In this document: one piece after another, positions 20,033 through 28,892 of the stretch
How the letters are laid out: each line of letters opens with the position of its first letter
How positions within the stretch are numbered: the stretch's first letter is position 1
Origin: an uncultured bacterium
GTDB lineage: Bacteria > Patescibacteriota > Minisyncoccia > Phycocordibacterales > GWA1-40-21
DNA length: 64,000 bases
NCBI GenBank assembly: GCA_903822075.1
Contig: CAIJNK010000008.1
Location: 21,961-85,960 of the forward strand
Direction of reading: 5' to 3'
Notes under the pieces: model-generated
The model's input: the letters and a program-made list of their open reading frames with translations, nothing else
What the model was told of the DNA's origin: nothing
Database searches by the model: none
Position numbers and translations under genes: made by a program

Positions 20033-20299
20033 ATGAAAAATATAAAGCTTGATACAAGCAACCGCACCAAACTGGCTGATGATATGATTAAAAACTTGGG
20101 TAAAGTCTCCAAGGTAGACAAAGGAGAAGTAGTGGCAAATATGGCTATTTCCTATATCAAAATAATGAATGAGCTGAATAAGAAGCAGATTGAAGACCTA
20201 AAAAAGACCCTGGCTTTGTTTGGGGATATAAAGAAAGAGGAAAGAGAGGAAGATGAAAAAGTAAGGCTTCAGAGGATTAGAAAGGAGCTTAACAAATAG
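20033..20299 (+). CDS. hypothetical K/E-rich protein
   Basis: 88-aa ORF, 4 nt after the upstream stop. Confidence 0.35.
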   Translation: MKNIKLDTSNRTKLADDMIKNLGKVSKVDKGEVVANMAISYIKIMNELNKKQIEDLKKTLALFGDIKKEEREEDEKVRLQRIRKELNK

Positions 20300-20338
20300 C
20301 CCCTTGCATTTTACAGGAAGATGTGCTAGACTCTGCCA

Positions 20339-20599
20339 ATGCTTACAAAGAACAAAAAAGCTAAGGTTATCAAGGAAGTGGCTGTACACGCTACGGATAC
20401 CGGTTCGACCGAGGTCCAAGTGGCTGTTTTGAGCAAGAGAATTGATGAATTAGCCGCTCATTTGAAGAAGAATCCAAAAGATAATCACTCCCGTCGCGGT
20501 CTTCTAGGGATGGTGGCTGACCGCCGAACTCATTTGAAGTATTTGGAAAAGAAGAACCCGAAGCGTTATGCTTCTCTGGTCAAGAAATTAGGATTGTAA
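20339..20599 (+). CDS. rpsO: 30S ribosomal protein S15
   Basis: 86 aa; [20 protein letters not shown], the S15 signature. Confidence 0.85.
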   Translation: MLTKNKKAKVIKEVAVHATDTGSTEVQVAVLSKRIDELAAHLKKNPKDNHSRRGLLGMVADRRTHLKYLEKKNPKRYASLVKKLGL

Positions 20600-20608
20600 A
20601 ACAAAAAA

Positions 20609-20636
20609 ATCAGTCCAGCTCGGACTGATTTTTTTG
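20609..20636 (+). terminator. rho-independent terminator after rpsO
   Basis: atcagtccg-agct-cggactgat followed by TTTTTTT. Confidence 0.65.
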
Positions 20637-20687
20637 TGGTATAATTGCCACAGGTCGAATTTTAATAAAAATTAATTATATTTTTAT

Positions 20688-21209
20688 ATGTTAATTAAAC
20701 ACAAAGATCAAAGAGTTGGTATTTTTATCGATACTCAGAATCTATATCATTGCGCCAAGAATTTATACGGTGCCAAGGTTAATTTTGCTCAAGTAGTCAA
20801 AGAAGCATTGGCCGAACGCTCGCTAATCAGAGCTATTGCCTATGTTATTACCACCGAAAGTGGTGATGAAAAAAGCTTTTTTGAAGCCTTAACCAAGGCG
20901 GGGATAGAAACCAAAACCAAAGACTTGCAAATATTTGCCGGTGGTGCCAAAAAGGCGGACTGGGATGTTGGTCTGGCCGTGGACGCCATTAAAATGGCGC
21001 CCAAGCTTGATACTGTCATCATAGTTTCCGGTGATGGGGATTTTGTTCCGCTCGTGGAGTACTTAAAGATGAACGAAGGTTGCCAGGTAGAAGCTATCTG
21101 CTTCGGTAAGAGTTCGTCCGCCAAACTGATTGAAGCGGTGGATGGTTTTATGGATTTAGATATCAATCCCAGAAAATATCTTTTAGGACCGGTAGGAGTG
21201 AGGAGGTAG
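20688..21209 (+). CDS. NYN-domain (LabA-like) protein
   Basis: VGIFIDTQNLY…VSGDGDF acidic residues typical of NYN nucleases. Confidence 0.65.
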   Translation: MLIKHKDQRVGIFIDTQNLYHCAKNLYGAKVNFAQVVKEALAERSLIRAIAYVITTESGDEKSFFEALTKAGIETKTKDLQIFAGGAKKADWDVGLAVDAIKMAPKLDTVIIVSGDGDFVPLVEYLKMNEGCQVEAICFGKSSSAKLIEAVDGFMDLDINPRKYLLGPVGVRR

Positions 21210-21226
21210 AAACCTAAAAATTGAAA

Positions 21227-21259
21227 TCCCCACGGTGCCGTTGGCTCCGTGGGGATTTT
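21227..21259. terminator. hairpin terminator (possibly bidirectional)
   Basis: ccccacgg / ccgtgggg 8-bp stem plus TTTT; lies between convergent genes. Confidence 0.5.
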
Positions 21260-21279
21260 GGTATCCTTCCCTAGATAGT

Positions 21280-21516
21280 CTAGTGGGCTTTTTGTTCGGC
21301 AAACGCAACAGCGACGGAAAAGGCCCTCGCCTCAATGTCGTCGCCAGTCAACTCGTGCGTCTGGCCGGTAGCCTCGACAACTTCCCAGACGCCACCTTCG
21401 GTCTTTGACGGAATGACACGAACCTTCTGTATCGTCTCCGAAGGCACGGTATGCCAGTAATGGTTATCCCAAATAAATTGAACACCATATTCAATTCGGT
21501 TTCCACGTTTTTTCAT
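21280..21516 (-). CDS. hypothetical protein
   Basis: 78-aa ORF. Confidence 0.35.
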   Translation of the reverse strand: MKKRGNRIEYGVQFIWDNHYWHTVPSETIQKVRVIPSKTEGGVWEVVEATGQTHELTGDDIEARAFSVAVAFAEQKAH

Positions 21517-21686
21517 TGGTGAACTCCTCTCCTCTTGTCTCGCTCAAATAGCCTAGGTCTATAATAAGATTACATGAATAAATATTTTTGTCAATAACAG
21601 ACTAAGAATAGTTAAATTTTTCTTGCAAAATTTACCCTTTTTGGTAGGCTTTAGACAGAAGAAGTACAAACAAGGAGGAAGTGTGA

Positions 21687-21872
21687 ATGAGCTTATTTGG
21701 TGCAGTAAAACCCTGTAAACACGGTCTGACGCGACAAGATTGTCACATCTGTCGCGTTCAAGCAAAAACTTTGAGCAAGGAAGCAGTTACGGAGGTAAAA
21801 CAGATACTCACGGGAAATCTACCTCGAAACAGAGCACAGAGAACCTTCAGGACAATGAATCGAAAGGTTTGA
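21687..21872 (+). CDS. hypothetical small protein
   Basis: Strong SD AAGGAGGAAG; followed by a terminator. Confidence 0.4.
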   Translation: MSLFGAVKPCKHGLTRQDCHICRVQAKTLSKEAVTEVKQILTGNLPRNRAQRTFRTMNRKV

Positions 21873-21881
21873 ATCGGGGTG

Positions 21882-21916
21882 GTCGGGCACGCGGTGTACC
21901 CGACCTGTTTTTTTTA
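21882..21916 (+). terminator. rho-independent terminator
   Basis: gtcgggcac…gtacccgac stem followed by T8. Confidence 0.55.
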
Positions 21917-22085
21917 TTTCATTTGTGCTACTCTAAAATTGAAAGTTTTATTAATTTATTAGCGATTTGCCTTCAAATAAGCAGTTTGGAACATATGTTC
22001 TAATCTGAAATTTGACGGTAAATCTAATTTAGAAAGAGTATCGCGCTTTAATGGACGGTTGCGCGATATAATTTCGTAAAATCAA

Positions 22086-24203
22086 ATGATTAAAAGAGAG
22101 TTTTCAATGGAGCTTAACGGCAAGAAATTGACCGCGGAGTTCAACGACCTAGTAGAAAATGCACATGGTTCCTGTTTATTAAGATATGGCAACACGGTGA
22201 TTTTGGCCACCGCCGTTATAAGTAAGGATGAGATTAGTAAAGATTATTTGCCTTTGACCGTAGACTATGAAGAAAAGTTTTACGCTTCCGGTCAAATTCT
22301 GGGCAGTCGTTTTATGAAAAGGGAAGGTAAGCCGTCTGATGAGGCCATCTTAACTGGCCGCGTAGTGGACCGTACCATTCGTCCACTCTTTGATCAGTGG
22401 ATACGGAATGAGATGCAAGTGGTAATAACCATTCTTTCCATTGATGAGGATGATCCGGATGTACTTGGTGTTGTCGCCGCCTCCCTCGCTCTTGGCGTGT
22501 CCAAGATTCCTTTCCATGGCCCGGTCTCCGCGGTCAGAATTGGCAAGCACAAGACGGACGGCTTTGAGATAAACCCAACCTATACCGAAAGAGAAAATGA
22601 AAATTTTGAAATCGACTTAATTGCCTGCGGTAAAGATGGAAACATAAACATGATCGAACTTGGTGGTGATGAAGCCCAGGAAAACGTGATTATGGAGGCA
22701 ATGAAAAAGGCGTCAGAGGAAATTGAAAAAATAAATGCTTGGCAGAAAACGGTTATCGCCGAAATTGGCGTGCCAAAGATTTCTCTGCCAGCTCCAGTCA
22801 TGCCTGAAGAAATAAAAGATCTTTTCACTTCTGAAATTGAACCAAAACTAGAAAACTACGTAATGAGCGGTATCCCTGGCGGCTCAAAAATAGGGGAGAT
22901 CATGGATATCTGGATGCAGCTGGCTGCCGAAAAATATCCAGAAGTAAAATCTTCTTTTTCGGAACATTTATTCGAGGAAAAAGTGGACGCCTTGATTCAC
23001 GAGCAAGTTTTGAAAAATAACAAACGAGCTGACGGCCGAGGCATTGATGAGATTCGTCCTTTGTTTGCCCAGGCCGGTGGCATTTCCCCAATCTTGCACG
23101 GTTCCGGTATCTTCTACCGCGGCGGTACCCACATCCTGACCGCTTTGACTTTAGGCGGCCCGTCTGACGCCCAGATAATTGATGGGATGGAAGAAAGCAC
23201 GGAAGCCAAAAGATTTATGCATCATTACAACTTCCCACCGTACTCTACGGGTGAGACCGGTAAGATGGGTGGTACAAATAGAAGAATGATCGGTCACGGC
23301 GCCTTAGCCGAAAAAGCTTTACTGCCAATGATCCCAAAGAATTCCGTTTTCCCTTATACCGTTAGACTCGTCTCGGAAGCCATGTCCTCAAACGGTTCTA
23401 CTTCTATGGGTTCCGTCTGCGCCTCCACCATCGCTTTGATGGATGGTGGCGTGCCAATCAAAGCTCCAGTCGCCGGTATCGCTTCGGGTCTCATGATGGA
23501 TGATAAAGGTAATTACAAAGTACTCACTGATATTCAAGGACCAGAAGATCATTACGGTGATATGGATTTTAAAGTGGCCGGAACAAAGAACGGTGTGACC
23601 GCCATCCAAATGGACGTAAAAGTCAGCGGTGTACCGATTCCTGCTTTAGCGGAAGCTTTTGAAAAAGCAAAAATAGCCAGACTAAAAATCTTGGATGTTA
23701 TCTTGGCCGCCATTCCGGAAGTACGAAAAGATATTTCCGTCAACGCGCCAAAAATCTTAGTGTTAAAAATTCGACCAGACCAGATTGGCGGAGTGATTGG
23801 TTCTGGTGGAAAAATTATTAAAGAAATAAAAGAAAAGACCGGGGCCGATATTGATATTGAAGATGATGGCACGGTTTATTGTACCGGTAAGAATGGTTCG
23901 GCCGAAAAAGCCAAAGCGGTGATTGAAGCTTTAACCCACGAATACAAGCCAGGTGAAAGATATGAGGGTGTTGTCACCAAGATTGCGGACTTTGGTGCCT
24001 TTGTCCGCCTGCAAGGTGATACTGAAGGATTGGTTCACGTTTCCGAGATTGCGCCGTTCAGAGTTGACGTAGTTGGTTCAATCTTAAAAGTTGGTGATAA
24101 AGTACCCGTAATAGTTAAGGAGGTTGACCCGGAAAGAGGTCGTGTCAGTCTGTCTATCAAATTGGCGGATCCAGACTGGGCTAAGAGAAAGATGGGAAAA
24201 TAA
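22086..24203 (+). CDS. pnp: polynucleotide phosphorylase
   Basis: Two RNase PH domains plus C-terminal KH and S1 domains (KIADFGAFVRL…GLVHVSEI); 705 aa. Confidence 0.9.
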   Translation: MIKREFSMELNGKKLTAEFNDLVENAHGSCLLRYGNTVILATAVISKDEISKDYLPLTVDYEEKFYASGQILGSRFMKREGKPSDEAILTGRVVDRTIRPLFDQWIRNEMQVVITILSIDEDDPDVLGVVAASLALGVSKIPFHGPVSAVRIGKHKTDGFEINPTYTERENENFEIDLIACGKDGNINMIELGGDEAQENVIMEAMKKASEEIEKINAWQKTVIAEIGVPKISLPAPVMPEEIKDLFTSEIEPKLENYVMSGIPGGSKIGEIMDIWMQLAAEKYPEVKSSFSEHLFEEKVDALIHEQVLKNNKRADGRGIDEIRPLFAQAGGISPILHGSGIFYRGGTHILTALTLGGPSDAQIIDGMEESTEAKRFMHHYNFPPYSTGETGKMGGTNRRMIGHGALAEKALLPMIPKNSVFPYTVRLVSEAMSSNGSTSMGSVCASTIALMDGGVPIKAPVAGIASGLMMDDKGNYKVLTDIQGPEDHYGDMDFKVAGTKNGVTAIQMDVKVSGVPIPALAEAFEKAKIARLKILDVILAAIPEVRKDISVNAPKILVLKIRPDQIGGVIGSGGKIIKEIKEKTGADIDIEDDGTVYCTGKNGSAEKAKAVIEALTHEYKPGERYEGVVTKIADFGAFVRLQGDTEGLVHVSEIAPFRVDVVGSILKVGDKVPVIVKEVDPERGRVSLSIKLADPDWAKRKMGK

Positions 24204-24218
24204 AATAATTCAAATTAA

Positions 24219-24247
24219 AAAACCTCCGGAACTTCCTGAGGTTTTTT
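24219..24247 (+). terminator. rho-independent terminator after pnp
   Basis: aacctc…gaggtt stem plus TTTTTT. Confidence 0.6.
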
Positions 24248-24251
24248 AAAT

Positions 24252-25424
24252 CTATTGATGGAAATAAAAGGCCACGGCCATAATGAAATAAGCCACTAAG
24301 AGCTGAGCGCCTTCAAACCAATTACTCTCACCGTCTTCAATAATAGAGTTAACAATAAAGACTGAGAAGATGATAGCTACCAGCTCAAATGTGTTGAAGA
24401 CTAGATTCATTTGATTCTGGAAAAATAAACTAATCAAAACTAAGACTGGGGCCACGAGCATAATGATTTGTGTGGCTGAGCCAATAGATATCTGCAAAGC
24501 TAAGTCCATTTTCCCTTTGATGGCTACAGTAATGGCCGAAGTATGCTCGGCAACGTTACCAATAATGGCCACAAAAATCACACCAATAAATAATTCCGTC
24601 CAACCAAAACTGGCCACCAAGGGCTCGATGGAGCCGACTAATACCCTGCTCATAAAAGCAACGGCGATGGTGGACAAAGCTAGGATGAAGATACTTCTGG
24701 AGATACTCCAACGGCCATCGTATTTCCCAACATCCTCCGTGTATAAATGCTTATGAGTATAAAGGGAAAAAAATAAGCTAGCCAAATAAACACCGATCAT
24801 CAAAAAGGAAACGGAGATACTCAGCTTCTCAACCACAACCGAAGGAGCGGTAGTTGAGGTAACGAGAAAAACCGCGGGAATAACTAACGCAACCATCGCC
24901 AATAACAAGGTGGAGCCGCTGGCTTTGGCAGCGGTAGCGTTAAAGGTTTGTTTTTCTTTTTTCAGACCACCAAAGAAAATAGCTGAACCAAGGACTAGAA
25001 GCAAATTGCCGATAATCGATCCGGTAATGGAAGCTTTCACAACCTCGATCAAACCGGATTGCAAGGCAAAGATACCGATAATGAGTTCTGTAGCGTTACC
25101 AAAAGAGGCATTCAAAAAGCCACCGAGCGCTGGGCCGGTGTAGACCGCTAACTCTTCAGTGGCTTCCCCGATAAACTTGGCTAGAGGAATAATAGCCAAA
25201 GCTGACAGGATAAACAAAGTAAGAGGTGAAGCATGCCGAACTTCTGCAATGACCGTAATAGGGATGAATAATAAAAGAAATGAAAAAATCTTATCTATCA
25301 TAAATTTAATTAAAACTGATAATATTCCAAATTGTAACACAAATACAACAATAAAGTAGAAGACTGCGGACAGCCATGTTATACTGAAGGTCAGATATGC
25401 CTCCCACTGAAAATAAAAACCCAA
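24252..25424 (-). CDS. Ca2+/cation antiporter (CaCA family)
   Basis: Paired alpha-repeats GNATELIIG and GNVAEHTSAI; the true start may be the Met at 25301. Confidence 0.7.
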   Translation of the reverse strand: MGFYFQWEAYLTFSITWLSAVFYFIVVFVLQFGILSVLIKFMIDKIFSFLLLFIPITVIAEVRHASPLTLFILSALAIIPLAKFIGEATEELAVYTGPALGGFLNASFGNATELIIGIFALQSGLIEVVKASITGSIIGNLLLVLGSAIFFGGLKKEKQTFNATAAKASGSTLLLAMVALVIPAVFLVTSTTAPSVVVEKLSISVSFLMIGVYLASLFFSLYTHKHLYTEDVGKYDGRWSISRSIFILALSTIAVAFMSRVLVGSIEPLVASFGWTELFIGVIFVAIIGNVAEHTSAITVAIKGKMDLALQISIGSATQIIMLVAPVLVLISLFFQNQMNLVFNTFELVAIIFSVFIVNSIIEDGESNWFEGAQLLVAYFIMAVAFYFHQ

Positions 25425-26530
25425 ATAACCAAAGTTTTGAGCCCATTAAGGTGGGGATTGACCCAGTCTTCAAAGGCACCAATTCCTACCAAAATATTCC
25501 AGGCCAAAGCCCCGTAACTCCGATTGGCGGAGCTTTTGGCGTCTTAAATAACCAAAGATATAACCCTTCGCAATCGCCAATAACTTTAGGAGTAAAAGAA
25601 CCTAGCACAACTTCAGCCGTCCCGAAATCAATAGTTCGAACATTCAAAGGCGACATTGAGTCGGCTATTGAGAATAACCATTTGAACTCAATTAATATCG
25701 CCTTGGCCGAAAAGGAAAAAATGCGCGGGGAAATCAAAGCTGCAGAAGGAGAAGTGGGAGAAGAATCATCGACAGCAGCCGCCAAAAATGGCTATTCAAA
25801 AAGTAAAATAGCGGTTTTTCTCAGTGTGATCTTGATTATCGCAGGGGCGGCCGGTTTAACACTCCTTTATCTGACAAAAAAACAGGACAGCATTCCGGTG
25901 TCGCAAACCCAGGAATTACCGTCCTTAATTACAGCCGAATACAAAGATGAAATTGATACCAGCCGCATCGCCAAAGACAAATTTGCGGCAGCGTTGAGTA
26001 GTAAGCTAAATGACACTGTAATCCCAACTGACAATCTTTATAATTTATACGTGACGGCGGCTTCCGGCACAGAAAAAAGATTACTCACCTCGACCGAATT
26101 TACAACTTTATTAGGCTTTAAAATTCCCGATATTGTAAAAAGAAGCCTAGAACCTGACTTTATGGTCGGGATGTATTACGTGGACAAAAGCTTACCTTTT
26201 GTTATTTTAAAAACTTCCTATTTTGAAAATGCTTTTGCGGGAATGCTCTCCTGGGAAACGAGTCTGGAGAGAGACTTTCGGCTATTATTTGAACTGCCAG
26301 GTTATGAAAACGCCAATACTCTAGAAACTACTTTAGCTACAGCCGAGCAGGATAAATTTGAAGATACAGTGATTGTTAACAAAGACGTCCGGCAACTTCG
26401 AGATGCAACCGGAAATGTAATTCTCCTATATAGTATAGTCGACAAAGAAACGATAATCATTACCGTTAATGATATCGCTTTTAAAGAAATAATTAATCGC
26501 CTAAATAAGGAAAAGGGGATGCAGAGATAA
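25397..26530 (+). CDS. hypothetical membrane-anchored protein
   Basis: 377-aa ORF with one TM helix; its 5' end overlaps the antiporter ORF, so the start is uncertain. Confidence 0.4.
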   Translation: MPPTENKNPNNQSFEPIKVGIDPVFKGTNSYQNIPGQSPVTPIGGAFGVLNNQRYNPSQSPITLGVKEPSTTSAVPKSIVRTFKGDIESAIENNHLNSINIALAEKEKMRGEIKAAEGEVGEESSTAAAKNGYSKSKIAVFLSVILIIAGAAGLTLLYLTKKQDSIPVSQTQELPSLITAEYKDEIDTSRIAKDKFAAALSSKLNDTVIPTDNLYNLYVTAASGTEKRLLTSTEFTTLLGFKIPDIVKRSLEPDFMVGMYYVDKSLPFVILKTSYFENAFAGMLSWETSLERDFRLLFELPGYENANTLETTLATAEQDKFEDTVIVNKDVRQLRDATGNVILLYSIVDKETIIITVNDIAFKEIINRLNKEKGMQR

Positions 26531-26537
26531 ATACTGC

Positions 26538-27269
26538 TTAGCCTAATTTCTCATAGAAAGTTTGGAATATTTGCTTTTGGAACTCGGCGATCCTCTTACT
26601 CTCAATAATCATGACCGTTTCCGTATTGTAATCGATAAAAGCGACTTTATTACCATAGATTATCTCAGTAACATTATGTTCAAAAGGACCAAAATCGTTC
26701 GGCATAATTTTTGCAAAGCGATCCAGGCTTGGTCTTTTGTGCACTGCCGTCTGGGCGTTAGTAATCACTTCTCGCTGTAATTTCTTTTCGTCACGCATTT
26801 GACGATAAATCCTGGGCACATATTTATCTTTTTTTTCATTACCGTCCTTGTTTGAACTGTAACGGTAAAAGACATCCCCTTTTTTAAGACTGCGCACCAC
26901 ATCATCAAAAATTCTTTTAGTTCCATCTCTTCCTTCAAGAAATCTGATCTTCGGTTTTTTCTCACTGCTATTATAGGCGTCCTCCATGTCCGGCAGGATT
27001 TCAAAAAAATCAATTCGTAAATCGTCAAAAAGAGTTTCTAATCGATTGGGTGGTTCAGCGCCATAAACTACACTTTTTATTTTTTGCGTTTTAGTGACTA
27101 GTTTTTTTTCCATGAGGGAGGGTAGGGCCTTGTAAACCAGGGGACGATGGATTGAAGTTTTTTCGGAAATTTGGGAGATATTGGAGGTTCCCATCTCCAG
27201 CAAAGCCAGGTAAATGGCACTTTCATGCTTAGTCAGGCCTATTTTCTCCAAAATCTTGTTTTTATCCAT
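26538..27269 (-). CDS. TrmB-like transcriptional regulator (paralog 3)
   Basis: HTH LEKIGLTKHESAIYLALL; divergently oriented from island 2. Confidence 0.6.
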   Translation of the reverse strand: MDKNKILEKIGLTKHESAIYLALLEMGTSNISQISEKTSIHRPLVYKALPSLMEKKLVTKTQKIKSVVYGAEPPNRLETLFDDLRIDFFEILPDMEDAYNSSEKKPKIRFLEGRDGTKRIFDDVVRSLKKGDVFYRYSSNKDGNEKKDKYVPRIYRQMRDEKKLQREVITNAQTAVHKRPSLDRFAKIMPNDFGPFEHNVTEIIYGNKVAFIDYNTETVMIIESKRIAEFQKQIFQTFYEKLG

Positions 27270-27569
27270 ATATTTAGTTATTTTTGCTGTAATTTTAGCT
27301 TACATAGAGTATAGATAAATATCTTCAAAAAATCAAGTATTTAAGGTATTTAATATACCTTTTCTTGATTATCTATTCTTAATGTAATAATTAGTTACAT
27401 TTTTAATCAGCAAGGATTGTTGATACATAAGGGTTATTTGGGATTTAGCCAATAAACATTACATGACATTGAGCAAATTCAAGCAAGAGTTCTCCCTTTA
27501 ATATATGCTGTTCCGAGACCAAGAACGGCACTTCGAGAAGATAAACCAACCAAACAGGAGGGAACGAGG

Positions 27570-27869
27570 ATGAACAGCCCCATCATGAGTCGATACCAGG
27601 CTTGGCGTGAGGACAGAAACGCTCGAATTGCTTTCCTGATGCTAAGGAAACAGTGGGCCAGAAACTTACTAAGGGAGGCGGCACTGACCGAACCCGGACA
27701 GGAGACTGAAGCCGAGTTCCGGGGAGCAGTCTACCGGGTCTGGATTGGCCCGCGAGGCGGAGTCAGAATCCACCAAACAAGAGTACTGCCAAAACCCCTG
27801 CCGCCGGCAACGCTGCCAAAAACTGAAAATCTGCCCATGCTCGCCGCCTTTCAAAGGGTTGGGCTATAA
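27570..27869 (+). CDS. hypothetical protein (first gene of island 2)
   Basis: SD ACAGGAGGGAACGAGG; GC-rich; 99 aa. Confidence 0.45.
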   Translation: MNSPIMSRYQAWREDRNARIAFLMLRKQWARNLLREAALTEPGQETEAEFRGAVYRVWIGPRGGVRIHQTRVLPKPLPPATLPKTENLPMLAAFQRVGL

Positions 27870-27898
27870 ACAACGGCGGGGATTAGGAACCCCCGCCT

Positions 27899-27960
27899 TC
27901 CGTCGCCAAGTGAAACTTGGCCTGATGAGTCCTTCACTTAGACGTTCAGGACGAAACGGA
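27899..27960 (+). ncRNA. hammerhead ribozyme motif HHR5
   Basis: GUC; stem I gccaag-tgaaa-cttggc; CUGAUGA; stem II as in HHR1; GAAAC; 5-bp stem III; preceded by the hairpin ggcgggg/ccccgcc. Confidence 0.8.
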
Positions 27961-27999
27961 TAAAGGTCGAAAGATTATCAAAATAACTAAAAATAAATA

Positions 28000-28371
28000 A
28001 TGCTCAAAAAAGTAAAAACATTGAGAACGCCGGCGTCGCATGCGGAATACGAACGCTACCAAAAAACGCCAAAGTTCCCGGCTTGTTACATCTGCACGGC
28101 CAAGACGATAAAAACTTATGAGAAATGGAAGATGATTGAAAACGAGTTTCCTTACAACGAAATAGCCACGAAAAACGACATGATTGTCCCGATCAGGCAC
28201 ACCACTGAAAACGACTTGACGGAGGAAGAACTAAGGGAGTTTACAAAGATAAAAGAAGACATCAACGACAAATACGACATGATTCTGGAAAATACCCACA
28301 AACAAAAATCCATCCCCGGGCACTTCCACTTGCACCTCTTACAAATAAAAGAGCGGGAAATTGAAATTTAA
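28000..28371 (+). CDS. HIT-family (histidine triad)-like protein
   Basis: HFHLHLL histidine-triad motif; N-terminal CYIC. Confidence 0.5.
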   Translation: MLKKVKTLRTPASHAEYERYQKTPKFPACYICTAKTIKTYEKWKMIENEFPYNEIATKNDMIVPIRHTTENDLTEEELREFTKIKEDINDKYDMILENTHKQKSIPGHFHLHLLQIKEREIEI

Positions 28372-28400
28372 CGGCCGAGAGGCTGTTTTTTAGACCCAAA

Positions 28401-28450
28401 CTGTCTCGGAATGTGTATTCCGGCTGATGATTCCGAAAGGATGAAACAGG
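28401..28450 (+). ncRNA. hammerhead-like motif HHR6 (variant, U·U at 10.1/11.1)
   Basis: GUC; stem I cggaat-gtgt-attccg; CUGAUGA; stem II ttcc-gaaa-ggat; GAAAC; 4-bp stem III. The conserved G10.1-C11.1 pair is replaced by U/U, so it may be inactive. Confidence 0.5.
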
Positions 28451-28478
28451 TAAGTTCATTAACAACAGGAGATATAAA

Positions 28479-28700
28479 ATGTCGTGCCCAGTATGCGGAA
28501 GAGTCTTATGTGATCACTCGCCGGATGAACGTGGACAATCCTACGAGGGGATGATGGCAGATATGGATAATGATACACGCCGAATACAAGGCGGGGGTGG
28601 CTTATTGGGGCCAGCAACACCATTTCATCCAAACAGCTTCAATCCTCGTAGAGATTTACCTCCAGGGGAACGACCAGCTGACTGGGGGTTACGAGATTGA
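28479..28700 (+). CDS. small Cys-containing hypothetical protein
   Basis: SD AGGAG 9 nt upstream; MSCPVCG…C. Confidence 0.35.
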   Translation: MSCPVCGRVLCDHSPDERGQSYEGMMADMDNDTRRIQGGGGLLGPATPFHPNSFNPRRDLPPGERPADWGLRD

Positions 28701-28732
28701 CAATACACCCCGCATCTTAATTGATGCGGGTA

Positions 28733-28782
28733 CTGTCCGAGAGTGTGTACTCTCGCTGATGAGTCCAAAAGGACGAAACGGA
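28733..28782 (+). ncRNA. hammerhead ribozyme motif HHR7
   Basis: GUC; stem I cgagagt-gtgt-actctcg; CUGAUGA; stem II gtcc-aaaa-ggac; GAAAC; preceded by the hairpin cccgcatc/gatgcggg. Confidence 0.8.
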
Positions 28783-28798
28783 AAAGTTCTTTGAAAAA

Positions 28799-28859
28799 GT
28801 TGCCAAGAGATTTGAGAACTTGATTTGTGATTAATTGATTTTTCAAATCTCTTGGCAAC
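28799..28859 (+). other. 17-bp perfect-stem hairpin C in 5' leader of REC-domain gene
   Basis: gttgccaagagatttga … tcaaatctcttggcaac with a 27-nt AU-rich loop. Confidence 0.55.
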
Positions 28860-28892
28860 AATAAACAAAAAGAAAGGAAACGAGGTAGAGGT

